Below are positions 10,371 through 20,806 of a stretch of 64,000 nucleotides of DNA, piece by piece (within the stretch, counting starts at the first letter, position 1; the number at the start of each line of letters is the position of its first letter). The notes under the pieces are model-generated. The model had not been told where the DNA came from. It saw only the letters and a program-made list of their open reading frames with translations, and did not search any database. The stretch is from positions 28,776 to 92,775 of the forward strand of contig MNVD01000014.1 in assembly GCA_001871445.1 (NCBI GenBank), given 5' to 3'. The stretch is from Candidatus Magasanikbacteria bacterium CG1_02_41_34 (lineage in GTDB: Bacteria > Patescibacteriota > Patescibacteriia > Magasanikbacterales > UBA922). Both the position numbers and the translations under genes were made by a program.

Positions 10371-11561
<1,191 letters not shown>

Positions 11562-11636
11562 CTAGCAAAGTTTGACCATTTTATCAATGGTGCTGTACAG
11601 TAGATACAGGTGTCTTCATCGCAGGAGGAGTACTAC

Positions 11637-12104
11637 ATGGGATCCACGAGATCGAGTAGCCCAAAGCAGATGACGAGACACCACAAAGTGCCTCGTTTCC
11701 GATGCATAAAAGGGATGCCACAGCCTGACAACGTTGTGCTCCTTGAGCGTCGGTTTCATGAGGCCTGGCATACGCTTTTTGCGGACCGAACCCCGTTCGA
11801 GATTGCTATTCTTCTCATCAAGAAGCGTTTCAATCACGGAGTAGTCAGGTCTGCCACGCTCCATGCAGCGTGGCAAGGGGGAGAAGAAACGTTTACCTAC
11901 CGATACCGACGCGATCATCCTCCATTTGAGCCCTGGACTTTCAAGGCGCCTCAGATGCGAGCGTGGCACATGCTCTTCGCTGATCGTAGCGATTACAGCG
12001 TGTTGCACGAAGTGGTGAGAGCTTCTCGTTGGTCTCCTGCTGGATATTTCCCCATGGGTCACATTGTCCTGGCGGGTGGTGGAAAGATCACGTACGGTTT
12101 TTGA
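11637..12104 (+). CDS. Small HNH-like nuclease-fold protein with an internal duplication; GC-rich.
   Basis: HHKVPR...DNVVLLERRFHEAWHTLFADRTP resembles the HNH core (HH..P...N..L..H...H). A second partial copy reads RRDHPPFEPW...RAWHMLFADRSD. AGGAGG RBS 8 nt upstream of the ATG at 11637. Confidence 0.4.
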   Translation: MGSTRSSSPKQMTRHHKVPRFRCIKGMPQPDNVVLLERRFHEAWHTLFADRTPFEIAILLIKKRFNHGVVRSATLHAAWQGGEETFTYRYRRDHPPFEPWTFKAPQMRAWHMLFADRSDYSVLHEVVRASRWSPAGYFPMGHIVLAGGGKITYGF

Positions 12105-12150
12105 TGAAGAAGGAAGGGATGGGCTACTTTCGGGTGGCCCTTTTCTCTAT

Positions 12151-12969
12151 ATGAAACAGGCTTTTTCAAAAATAAATACATTTCTCATATTTTTCAATAT
12201 TTTTCTTATGTTGAGTATTGCATATTTGTGGTATCCAACATACAAAGAGGAAAAAGATATTTCAGTATTTTATGTTGCTACCAAGGTGGAACATATAAAT
12301 ACGAAATTAGAAATTACAGATAATGTAGTAGAACAGAGTACTTCCTCAACTACATCAACCATTGATGTTCCACTAGATAGTGTCAGCACACCAATCGTTC
12401 TTTCTCCAACAATCAATCTTTCTGTTCCTTTCACATCGCAGGCACCCGAAGCAAATTGGGATCAGCCGTGGCAAGACGCATGTGAAGAAGCGGCGATTCT
12501 TATGCTTGATGCATATTACAAGGGATATACTTTGAGTCCACTTTTTGCAAAAGACGAATTATTAAAAATGGTGGCATGGGAAGAACAAAAATCGTGGGGG
12601 TATAGTATTCCTCTCGTAGATGTTCAGAAAGTGTCAGAGTGGTACATGGGAAATTCATTTTCATTTCATATACAAAAAGAACCGTCGATAGAAGGAATCA
12701 AACAAACCCTTGCAGCAGGAAATCCTGTGTTGGTTGTTGCATATGGGAAGTTACTCGAGAATCCAAACTTTCGTGAAGGTGGACCGGAATATCATGCATT
12801 GATTATTCGTGGGTACAATCAAGATGGGTTTATTACGAATGATCCTGGAACGAGAAATGGAAAAGAATTTTTTTACACATATGATAATTTGATGAGTAGT
12901 ATTCATGATTGGAACGGGGGAGATGTTGAACATGGCGATGCTGTAGTACTTGTTGTAGAACGGTTGTAG
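12151..12969 (+). CDS. Secreted or membrane-anchored protein with a C-terminal peptidase-C39-like (BtrH/DUF3335-like) domain.
   Basis: N-terminal TM helix, an S/T-rich linker, and a C-terminal region with a conserved Cys and ...YHALIIRGYNQDGFITNDPG. Confidence 0.4.
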   Translation: MKQAFSKINTFLIFFNIFLMLSIAYLWYPTYKEEKDISVFYVATKVEHINTKLEITDNVVEQSTSSTTSTIDVPLDSVSTPIVLSPTINLSVPFTSQAPEANWDQPWQDACEEAAILMLDAYYKGYTLSPLFAKDELLKMVAWEEQKSWGYSIPLVDVQKVSEWYMGNSFSFHIQKEPSIEGIKQTLAAGNPVLVVAYGKLLENPNFREGGPEYHALIIRGYNQDGFITNDPGTRNGKEFFYTYDNLMSSIHDWNGGDVEHGDAVVLVVERL

Positions 12970-13024
12970 CACGACGCAGCCTTTCTTTGATATTTCTGCC
13001 AAACTCCGCTATCATGATTACACT

Positions 13025-15049
13025 ATGAATATACAAGAGCTTAATGAAGAACAACAACAAGTCGTGCTTCATGGAGATGGACCATGTCTCGTACTCGCTG
13101 GCGCAGGGAGTGGAAAAACACGCACTATTACGTATCGTGTTGCATATTTATTAGAGCAAGGCATTGAGCCTGAACGCATTTTGCTCGTTACATTTACCAA
13201 TAAAGCGTCAAAAGAAATGATGGAGCGAGTGGCGGCAGCAAGTGGAGCTGGAATGAAATTGCCATGGGCTGGAACATTCCATCATATTTCCTATAGAATA
13301 TTAAAAAAATATGCTCCCCTCCTGGGGTATAAATCAAACTTTACTATTTTAGATTCTGGAGATAGTCTCGATATTCTCAAACTGTGTCTCAAGGTGGAGG
13401 GTATCAATAGAAATGAACGACGGTTTCCGTCACCAAAAGTGTTGCAATCTATTATTTCTTACGCCAGAAATGCAGAAACCACCATAGCGGATGTACTAGA
13501 TCTCAAACATCCGAATTGGCTCGACATTGCAGACGTCATCACACGCATTGCAGAAGAATATCGGAAGCGAAAGATCGATGCAAATGCAATGGATTTCGAT
13601 GACTTACTCGTCAATCTTTATTTACTCCTTCTCAAAGAGCCTTCTGTTAAACAAACATTTGCCAATCAATTTCTCTACATTCTTGTCGATGAGTATCAAG
13701 ATACGAATAAAATTCAAGCGTCGATTATCAATCAATTTGCTGCTGTGCATCACAATGTGCTCGTTGTTGGTGATGATGCACAAAGTATTTATTCATTTCG
13801 TGCGGCAGATATTCAAAACATTCTTGATTTTGATGTGCAATATCCCGGAGCAAACATGTTCCGACTCGAAACAAATTATCGGTCCACACCAAATATTCTT
13901 GACGTTGCAAATGATGTCATTGCAAATAATACACGTCAACATCAAAAAACATTGCGGAGTTCGAAAGAATCTTTTATGCGTCCCGAAGTGCATGCATTTG
14001 CTGACGATCGAGAAGAGGCAGAATTTATTGCAGGGCAAATATTGCAATTCCGTGAGGAAGGAATACAATTCGACCATATGGCTGTGCTCTTTCGAGCAGC
14101 ATTTCATTCTCAGGCACTCGAAATGGAACTCATGAAACGTGATATTCCGTATGATTATCGTGGCGGGGTGAGATTTTTTGAACGGTCTCATATAAAAAAT
14201 GTGTTGGCATATCTTAGAATTGTTGCAAATAAAGATGATGTCGTGGCATGGTCGCGCGTACTCAATATGCAGGTTGGCCTCGGTCCTGTAACGGTTGAAA
14301 AGATTATCCGAACGATTCGACAGTCGGAAGAATTAGAAAATCTTTCGCACATTGGTTCTTCTTTGCCAGCACGAGCGCAGATAGGGTGGATGGATTTTCT
14401 TGCTATCTGGCAAGATCTCTTGGCATCGGACCAAACCGTGTCTGGACTGATCCGAGCGGTAGCAGAATCAAAATATGCTGAATATCTGGAAAATGAACAT
14501 TCAGATTATCGTGAGCGATTGCAAGACATAGAACAACTTGCTGTGTTTGGTGAGCGCGCAACTGACCTTTCTACATTTCTCGCCGAAGCAAGCATGCAAG
14601 AAAGTTATCAGGCGACCACAGCCCAGGGAGGAAATGAAGAAGAAAAAGTGGTTCTCTCTACCATTCACCAAGCAAAAGGGCTCGAGTGGGAAGTCGTGTT
14701 TGTTATTGGTCTTGCCGCAGGAAAGTTTCCACACGAGCGATCGCTCAGAGAGACAAATGGCCTTGAAGAAGAACGTCGCCTTTTTTACGTTGCTGTGACA
14801 CGTGCAAAAAAATATTTGTACATGACGTATCCGCTTCTTGCCAGCTTTACCAGTTCATTGTCTGGACCAAGCATGTTTATTGAAGAAATTGGGAGGGACC
14901 TTGTGCATCATGAAGGATTTCATGAAGAAACGAGCATTTTTGATGATCCAAGCGATGACGTTGATGATATCACCTACGTACCAGATCCTGACTACGGAGA
15001 AGCACCTCCAAAACGACGTGGTATTTTGAAGAGTATTGATGAATTGTAG
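13025..15049 (+). CDS. ATP-dependent DNA helicase, UvrD/PcrA family.
   Basis: Walker A AGAGSGKT near the N-terminus; helicase motifs VDEYQDTN and TIHQAKGLEW. 674 aa. Confidence 0.9.
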   Translation: MNIQELNEEQQQVVLHGDGPCLVLAGAGSGKTRTITYRVAYLLEQGIEPERILLVTFTNKASKEMMERVAAASGAGMKLPWAGTFHHISYRILKKYAPLLGYKSNFTILDSGDSLDILKLCLKVEGINRNERRFPSPKVLQSIISYARNAETTIADVLDLKHPNWLDIADVITRIAEEYRKRKIDANAMDFDDLLVNLYLLLLKEPSVKQTFANQFLYILVDEYQDTNKIQASIINQFAAVHHNVLVVGDDAQSIYSFRAADIQNILDFDVQYPGANMFRLETNYRSTPNILDVANDVIANNTRQHQKTLRSSKESFMRPEVHAFADDREEAEFIAGQILQFREEGIQFDHMAVLFRAAFHSQALEMELMKRDIPYDYRGGVRFFERSHIKNVLAYLRIVANKDDVVAWSRVLNMQVGLGPVTVEKIIRTIRQSEELENLSHIGSSLPARAQIGWMDFLAIWQDLLASDQTVSGLIRAVAESKYAEYLENEHSDYRERLQDIEQLAVFGERATDLSTFLAEASMQESYQATTAQGGNEEEKVVLSTIHQAKGLEWEVVFVIGLAAGKFPHERSLRETNGLEEERRLFYVAVTRAKKYLYMTYPLLASFTSSLSGPSMFIEEIGRDLVHHEGFHEETSIFDDPSDDVDDITYVPDPDYGEAPPKRRGILKSIDEL

Positions 15050-15135
15050 CTATAGTAATATGGCCATACACATCGTCCCCATTGACAAAAGTGACATGTA
15101 TATCTATACTCTCGGCAACATAAATAAGAAAAAGT

Positions 15136-15618
15136 ATGCAATTTGAAGGAATTAGAGAAAAAACACTCGTGATTATCAAGCCAGACGCAATTCAACGTGG
15201 GTTGTTTGGTCAAATTACTTCACGATTTGAACAAAAAGGATTGAAACTTATTGGAACGAGAATGCTTCGACTTGAATCTGTGATTCTTCGTGAACATTAC
15301 GCACACATTGCAGACAAGCCTTTTTATCCTGGTGTAGAAGCATTTATGATGAGTGCTCCTGCGATTGTACAATGCTGGGAAGGTCTCGATGTTGTCAACA
15401 CTGTTCGAAAAATTACCGGTATCACAAAAGCTCGTGAAGCTGAAGCTGGTTCTATTCGAGGAGACTTCGCAATGAGTGTTGCGTGCAATGTAATCCATGC
15501 ATCAGATTCAGTAGAAACGGCAAAGTCAGAGGTCGTACGATTTTTCAAAGAAGAAGATCTCTATGAATACGACAAGACAGATTATATGCATGTATATATT
15601 GATGAAGAACGGGCATAA
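15136..15618 (+). CDS. ndk: Nucleoside diphosphate kinase.
   Basis: KTLVIIKPDAIQRGL... and the catalytic His region. A 160-aa size is unusually long for Ndk. Confidence 0.85.
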   Translation: MQFEGIREKTLVIIKPDAIQRGLFGQITSRFEQKGLKLIGTRMLRLESVILREHYAHIADKPFYPGVEAFMMSAPAIVQCWEGLDVVNTVRKITGITKAREAEAGSIRGDFAMSVACNVIHASDSVETAKSEVVRFFKEEDLYEYDKTDYMHVYIDEERA

Positions 15619-15640
15619 TTACGAAATACATATTACATAT

Positions 15641-15672
15641 AGCACGTACCAAATGGTACGTGCTTTTTTTTG
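15641..15672 (+). terminator. Rho-independent terminator after ndk.
   Basis: Palindrome agcacgtacc-aaat-ggtacgtgct followed by TTTTTTTT. Confidence 0.6.
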
Positions 15673-16213
15673 TGATCCTGCACGGCGCAGCTTTAGCAGA
15701 GTCGTGTGTGGATAACTCATTTGACCGATAGAAATATATCACGTAATCTTTTAATTAGTATGCATTACATAGAAACCGCAATCCAAAGTATCAAGAAGCA
15801 ACTCCTCCTCGTGGTGAATGTTGTGTTTGGCCGATTTACATGGCTCAATCTCAACATTATTACACCGACTGGGGTGTTGTATGCAGATGGATGCGGATGT
15901 GAAAAATGCGATTGTAAAGGATAACGATTCACACACATACATACAACACCCCGACTCAGAAAAGAGCGGGGTGTTTTATTTCCATACGTCAATTGTTGTG
16001 ATGATATATCGTCGCAACACCAGACAGATGGAAAAAGTTGTTCTTTTACATTGTTGTCGTTCATGTTTTTTCATGATACACAACGTATATTGCGACGCAG
16101 TAAGAAACATATATCCAGATGGATGAGTGTGCACATACATTGCATAGTCATCCGTCTGGATATGACCACCGAGAGCCGGTGATTCATTTTAGACTTCATC
16201 AGGAGGAAGCCAC

Positions 16214-16429
16214 ATGTGTACGGTCAGAACTTGGGAAGGAACTCCCGTGTCAGATGATTTGTACTGGAAGCTCGTCCGATCTGATCGTTCGGGAAATCCT
16301 AACAAGCCCTTTGAGCTTCTTGAGCTTGTGAAGAAGGCTCCGGCGAAGCTCGAGGATCCCGATGCGCGGCTGAACTGGGCACGTCTCCAGAGAGGACGGA
16401 AGAGGCAGAAGGCCAACACCAAGTCCTGA
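16214..16429 (+). CDS. Small GC-rich ORF (71 aa).
   Basis: AGGAGG RBS 7 nt upstream. A 17-bp inverted repeat lies in the upstream region at 16111-16127 / 16147-16163. Antisense ORFs here are judged GC artefacts. Confidence 0.35.
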   Translation: MCTVRTWEGTPVSDDLYWKLVRSDRSGNPNKPFELLELVKKAPAKLEDPDARLNWARLQRGRKRQKANTKS

Positions 16430-16663
16430 ACCTCGGAAAAAGGTACGGCATTCTCCCGCGCCGTGGACCATCTCGCTTGCGAGAACATACTGGTCCGGGC
16501 GTCTTCTCACTGCGTCGCCCACCTCCAATATCTTCATGTTCTTAAAGTTGATAACGTTTGTAACGTTTGTTGGCACCTTCAACAATGTTAGAAATCTCAG
16601 CAACCTCAAACAACATGAAGCTATTGGATGTGGTTCATACGATCAATGTAATTTGTATCTTTC

Positions 16664-16885
16664 TTGACAAGAGATACGTACGCGTTATACTAAGAGCGAT
16701 CCTTCGGACAGCATTATCTCATTCTATACATCTCCCTAGGGTTACCTAGTATCGACTTTGTTTGCTGATTCGTTCAGAGACATTGCTCTGCGGTTGCCCA
16801 CTTGATACACAGGGATGATGATAGCGCTGTCCAATACAAGGATCATGAAGACACAAACCCGACATCCGTCGGGTTTTGTCTTTTT
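16664..16885 (+). ncRNA. Candidate small non-coding RNA of about 180 nt; function unknown.
   Basis: Sigma70-like promoter TTGACA-16/17-TATACT at 16664-16691 and a terminator hairpin acccgac...gtcgggt plus U-run at 16856-16885. No ORF of 60 aa or more between them. Long-range complementarity gatccttcggacagc with gctgtcc..aaggatc. Confidence 0.3.
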
Positions 16886-16958
16886 GAACATAATGCTTGT
16901 ATTTTCTTTCGGTTTCGATATACTTTTGTCACAAAACATGTAGCAAAACCTTCCAAGA

Positions 16959-17032
16959 CGGACTATAGCGCAGTTGGCTAGCGCGCAGGGCTGGGGGTCC
17001 TGAGGTCGGCAGTTCGAGCCTGCCTAGTCCGA
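16959..17032 (+). tRNA. tRNA-Pro (anticodon GGG).
   Basis: CGGACTATAGCGCAGTTGGCTAGCGCGCAGGGCTGGGGGTCCTGAGGTCGGCAGTTCGAGCCTGCCTAGTCCGA. Anticodon loop CTGGGGG, T-loop TTCGAGC. Confidence 0.7.
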
Positions 17033-17043
17033 CAAGTAGTTGC

Positions 17044-18021
17044 TTGATGTCATTGACAAATATACGACAAATTCGGTATAGTTTTGCTTCTATGTACCAA
17101 ACATTGTTGTATTATAAAATTGTTCCAATCAAATATCCCGAGTCAGAGTTGAAAAAGCATCTCGAGGTATGTAAGGCACTTCAGCTGAAGGGTCGTATTT
17201 TGATAAGTAAAGATGGTGTCAACGGAAATATCGGCGGATCGCCAGAAAGCATAACACTGTATCGTGCTTACATGGATGTGCATGAGACATTTCAAAACAT
17301 AGATTTCAAACAGCACGATACAGATATCATGCCATTTCTAAAATTGTCTATCAAAGTGCGAGATGAGATTATAACGACAGAAGCACACAAAGATATTGAT
17401 TGGAGTAATAGGGGAACATATGTTGATAGAGATACGTTTCATCAGTGGTTAAAAAGTGGAGAAGAAATGGTCATCATCGACATGCGAAATGATTATGAAT
17501 GGGCGATCGGGCATTTCAAAAATGCAGTGAAGCCACCAGTAAAATATTTTAGAGAGATCAAACATACGATGGACTACTACGAACAGTTCAAAGACAAAAA
17601 AATTGTCATGTATTGTACTGGAGGTATCCGTTGTGAACCTGCAACTGCACTATTTGTAAAGTACGGATTCAATAAAAAAAACGTGTATCACCTCGAAGGA
17701 GGTATTGTGAAGTATGCAGAAAAGTATGGGAATGAAGGATTTTTTGAAGGAAAATGTTTTACGTTTGATGATCGACTTGCTATTGTTATCAATACGAGCG
17801 ATACTGCGGTCGTCCTCGGCAACTGTGAAGGATGTGGTGTAAATACAGACGAGTATCGCAATTGTTTGAACAAACATTGCAACAAATTATTTATTGGTTG
17901 TGATGATTGTATGGAGAAGACGAATAATACCTGTAAGCAAGCATGTCAGGATAGTATCAAGGATGCCGAGAACATGAGATCGCCACGAGCAAACACGAAG
18001 GCCTTGCATCGAAACAAATAA
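17044..18021 (+). CDS. Rhodanese-domain protein of the UPF0176/YceA family (tRNA uridine(34) hydroxylase TrhO-like) with a Cys-rich C-terminal extension.
   Basis: Rhodanese active-site loop MYCTGGIRCE. C-terminal CxxC-rich segment. True start may be the internal MYQTLL. Confidence 0.6.
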   Translation: MMSLTNIRQIRYSFASMYQTLLYYKIVPIKYPESELKKHLEVCKALQLKGRILISKDGVNGNIGGSPESITLYRAYMDVHETFQNIDFKQHDTDIMPFLKLSIKVRDEIITTEAHKDIDWSNRGTYVDRDTFHQWLKSGEEMVIIDMRNDYEWAIGHFKNAVKPPVKYFREIKHTMDYYEQFKDKKIVMYCTGGIRCEPATALFVKYGFNKKNVYHLEGGIVKYAEKYGNEGFFEGKCFTFDDRLAIVINTSDTAVVLGNCEGCGVNTDEYRNCLNKHCNKLFIGCDDCMEKTNNTCKQACQDSIKDAENMRSPRANTKALHRNK

Positions 18022-18072
18022 TTGCTATGATACAAGAGGGTACACCCTCTTGTATTTATACTATCATCTTTT

Positions 18073-18525
18073 ATGAAATTGACGTCGTCTGCATTTTTCA
18101 ATGAAATGTGTATCCCCGCAATATATACTTGTGATGGACAGGATATCAGTCCACCCCTTACGATTTCAGATGTCCCCTCTGAGGCAAAAAGTCTTGCACT
18201 CATTATGGACGATCCTGATGCCATGAAACCTACTGGCAACGTGTGGAATCATTGGCTTGTGTGGAATATTGATCCAACAACTGTTCATATCTCAGAGGGA
18301 GAAGAGCCTGTCGGGACGCATGGTACTGGCACAGGTGGGGAAACAATATATCATGGACCTTGTCCACCAGATGCAGAGCATCGATATTCATTTCGACTGT
18401 ATGCGCTGGATACGATGCTTGATCTTCAAGAAGGATCAACGAAAGGAGAGCTTGAGCAGGCAATGGATGGACATATTCTGGCGCAGGTAGAATTGGCAGG
18501 GACCTATAATAGAAAAATAAAGTAA
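18073..18525 (+). CDS. YbhB/YbcL-family Raf-kinase-inhibitor-like (PEBP) protein.
   Basis: PEBP motifs MDDPDA, HWLVWNI, YHGPCPP...HRYSFRLYALD. Confidence 0.75.
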   Translation: MKLTSSAFFNEMCIPAIYTCDGQDISPPLTISDVPSEAKSLALIMDDPDAMKPTGNVWNHWLVWNIDPTTVHISEGEEPVGTHGTGTGGETIYHGPCPPDAEHRYSFRLYALDTMLDLQEGSTKGELEQAMDGHILAQVELAGTYNRKIK

Positions 18526-18610
18526 TACAGTTTTTTATAGGGGAGGATCAGCGTACAACAAAAAAAAGAATGCAATATCGCATTCTTTTTTCTATATTTT
18601 TTGATTTATA

Positions 18611-19150
18611 TTATGATACTGGGATTTTTATACCCAATGCTTTTTCATACCCAGCAATGTCATTGGTATAGACTTGCATAATAAATTCGGCACCTCTTGT
18701 TATCGCTGCAATATTTCCTTGCATTGTGGCTGCAAACGTAATTTCATATTGTGCCTTTTTTCCACCGGTCGTTGCTGTAACACCTCCACTAGGGAGTGTG
18801 GCAAATGTATATCCCAAGTCTTTCCATGCTGCCACTTCTGTCTCGGTTAAATCATTCATAGAAAATACACTATAGACTATGGCATCCTTTTTATATGTTT
18901 GTGCAAAGATGATTCTTTTTTTATTCGTAATTTTGACGAGTGGTCGCATGAGAATATGATAGTTTCGATTTGTTTTTGCTCCTACAAGAGAATATTGTTT
19001 ATGTGCGAGATGAGATGGTTTTTCTTCAAATATACTAGTTTCTCCTTCTGTAAAAGGAAAATTACTTACTAATTTTGTTTTTTTGAAACGAGTATATACG
19101 AATATAGCCCCGACAAAAAATATGATAACTATGATCCATGTAGTGTTCAT
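18611..19150 (-). CDS. Hypothetical membrane-anchored protein.
   Basis: N-terminal TM helix; no recognised domain. Confidence 0.4.
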   Translation of the reverse strand: MNTTWIIVIIFFVGAIFVYTRFKKTKLVSNFPFTEGETSIFEEKPSHLAHKQYSLVGAKTNRNYHILMRPLVKITNKKRIIFAQTYKKDAIVYSVFSMNDLTETEVAAWKDLGYTFATLPSGGVTATTGGKKAQYEITFAATMQGNIAAITRGAEFIMQVYTNDIAGYEKALGIKIPVS

Positions 19151-19254
19151 ATAATGAGTATGTGTTATGAATAGCGACAGAAATAGTATAATCTAAAAAA
19201 GGAAAATAAACAAAAAAAGAATGTACCAAGTACATTCTTTTTTTTGTTTTTCAG

Positions 19255-19449
19255 TTATGCTATGACGATTGTAGCTGCAGTCGTCTTTGCAGCACGCTTT
19301 GCTGTAGTTCGGATGCATCGTGTGCAGACTTTTTGTCCATCCACCTTTTGAAGATTTGGATATTGTCTACGAATGGTTTTGATTTTTGAGTGGCTGCGGC
19401 TAGCGGCTTTTTTTGATCCCTTTCCGCATATGTCACAAGTTCGTGCCAT
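19255..19449 (-). CDS. rpmB: 50S ribosomal protein L28.
   Basis: MARTCDICGKG...SHS.KT.RRQYPNLQ resembles the L28 consensus. Start placed at MART, not the longer ORF. Confidence 0.6.
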   Translation of the reverse strand: MARTCDICGKGSKKAASRSHSKIKTIRRQYPNLQKVDGQKVCTRCIRTTAKRAAKTTAATIVIA

Positions 19450-19560
19450 AGGAATAGTGTTAGAGTTGATTTGTATGTGAAAGGAGTGTACACTACAGAC
19501 CAATCTTTGTCAAGAGATAAGGATAGCATGATGCTTTAGTACCAATTTCTTCTATATAGT

Positions 19561-20160
19561 ATGGATACTGTTTTTCTCGTATTTGTTATTGTCTTTTCTG
19601 CCATTATACATGAGTATGCTCATGGTTGGATGGCAAACCAGCTGGGGGATCCTACGGCAAAGTATGCCGGTCGTCTCACCCTGAATCCACTAAAACACAT
19701 CGATCCAATAGGGTCAATTTTGTTGCCACTTCTCCTCATCCCAACAGGCTTCCTCTTTGCATACGCAAAACCAGTACCCTACAATCCATACAATCTGAAA
19801 GATCAAAAGTGGGGACCAGTAAAAGTAGCTTTCGCAGGGCCTTTGGCAAACTTTTTTTTGGCATTCATCTTTGGTATCACGCTCCAACTCGTTCCTGCTG
19901 GACCTATGACCAGTTTTTTCTACATTATTGTCTATGCCAATGTCTTGCTCGGTGTGTTCAATTTGGTCCCGATTCCACCGCTAGATGGATCAAAGCTTCT
20001 CTTTGCGTTTTTGCCAAGTAATGCTATTCGTGTACGTCAAGTATTACAGCAATACGGATTTTTGATTCTCCTCGTCTTCATCATGTCTTTTTCTTCTATC
20101 TTGAGTCCGGTTATTCAGTTTTTCGTGAATTTGTTTGTAGGTGGGGGACCGAGGTTTTAG
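19561..20160 (+). CDS. Site-2 protease / M50-like membrane zinc metalloprotease (COG1994 family).
   Basis: HEYAH zinc motif in the first TM helix; NPLKHIDP; multiple TM helices. 199 aa. Confidence 0.7.
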   Translation: MDTVFLVFVIVFSAIIHEYAHGWMANQLGDPTAKYAGRLTLNPLKHIDPIGSILLPLLLIPTGFLFAYAKPVPYNPYNLKDQKWGPVKVAFAGPLANFFLAFIFGITLQLVPAGPMTSFFYIIVYANVLLGVFNLVPIPPLDGSKLLFAFLPSNAIRVRQVLQQYGFLILLVFIMSFSSILSPVIQFFVNLFVGGGPRF

Positions 20161-20212
20161 CTTCTCACTGAGAGTGAATAGTATTGTTATCCAGACAATA
20201 TAAAAATATGAA

Positions 20213-20247
20213 CCCCACGTAGCGCTAGGCGCCGCGTGGGGTTTTTT
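20213..20247. terminator. Bidirectional rho-independent terminator.
   Basis: ccccacg...cgtgggg stem enclosing a GC-rich inner palindrome. TTTTTT on the plus strand and a U-rich tract on the minus strand. Confidence 0.6.
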
Positions 20248-20248
20248 A

Positions 20249-20470
20249 TCAGCGTGGGTCGAAGCCGTTGTCTCTGCTCTCTTGGGCGACGATACCCACC
20301 GAGAAGCCCATTTGGAAGACTTTGTCTTCCGAGCTGGGGATGTCGAACTTGCTTTTTATGCCCTCGTCGTAGCCTTTACGCCATCGGATCTTTGTCTCCT
20401 GGTCGCTGCGCGGACACTGGACGGCGTGGTGGCCGTCTAGGTACTGGCAGTAGAAACACGATGCCATCAC
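20249..20470 (-). CDS. Small GC-rich ORF (73 aa) with a Cys/His cluster (CFYCQYLDGHHAVQC).
   Basis: RBS AAAGAGG before the ATG. Stop codon abuts the terminator hairpin. GC-rich relative to its surroundings. Confidence 0.35.
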   Translation of the reverse strand: MMASCFYCQYLDGHHAVQCPRSDQETKIRWRKGYDEGIKSKFDIPSSEDKVFQMGFSVGIVAQESRDNGFDPR

Positions 20471-20571
20471 TGAACCTCTTTGCGGGAAGTTGCAGTGATG
20501 AGTTTTTTTGAAAAATTTGCAACTTCTTGAGTAGAAAACTACAAAATATAGTTGATTTTGTCAATATCCCC

Positions 20572-20600
20572 TTGACATCCTCCCCCTTATATAGTATATT
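20572..20600 (+). promoter_or_regulatory. Sigma70-like promoter of the str operon (rpsL-rpsG-fusA).
   Basis: TTGACA at 20572-20577, a 17-nt spacer, TATATT at 20595-20600. A roughly 200-nt leader follows, with a hairpin at 20686-20711 and a T-run at 20758-20771. Confidence 0.5.
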
Positions 20601-20806
20601 CCTCGCACTACACAGGTTTCCTTGTGAGTGCAGTACCTCAATCCCGACTTTCGCTACCCGGGGCCGCTTGATTTCAAGCATGAGGGAAGTGTCCTTCTTT
20701 CTTCGGAAAGAAGGACAGCGCTCGAGGCAGTTGTTTTATTATAACTGGCTTGAGCAAAGCCGTTTTTTTTTATTCAAAAGTGTTTTAAGCCTTGTAAGCA
20801 TTTTCT

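Noticed and set aside
11616-12062. 148-aa minus-strand ORF antisense to the HNH-like gene.
   Set aside because: No RBS, Arg/Ser-rich composition, and it overlaps a plus-strand ORF that has a perfect AGGAGG RBS and a recognisable motif.
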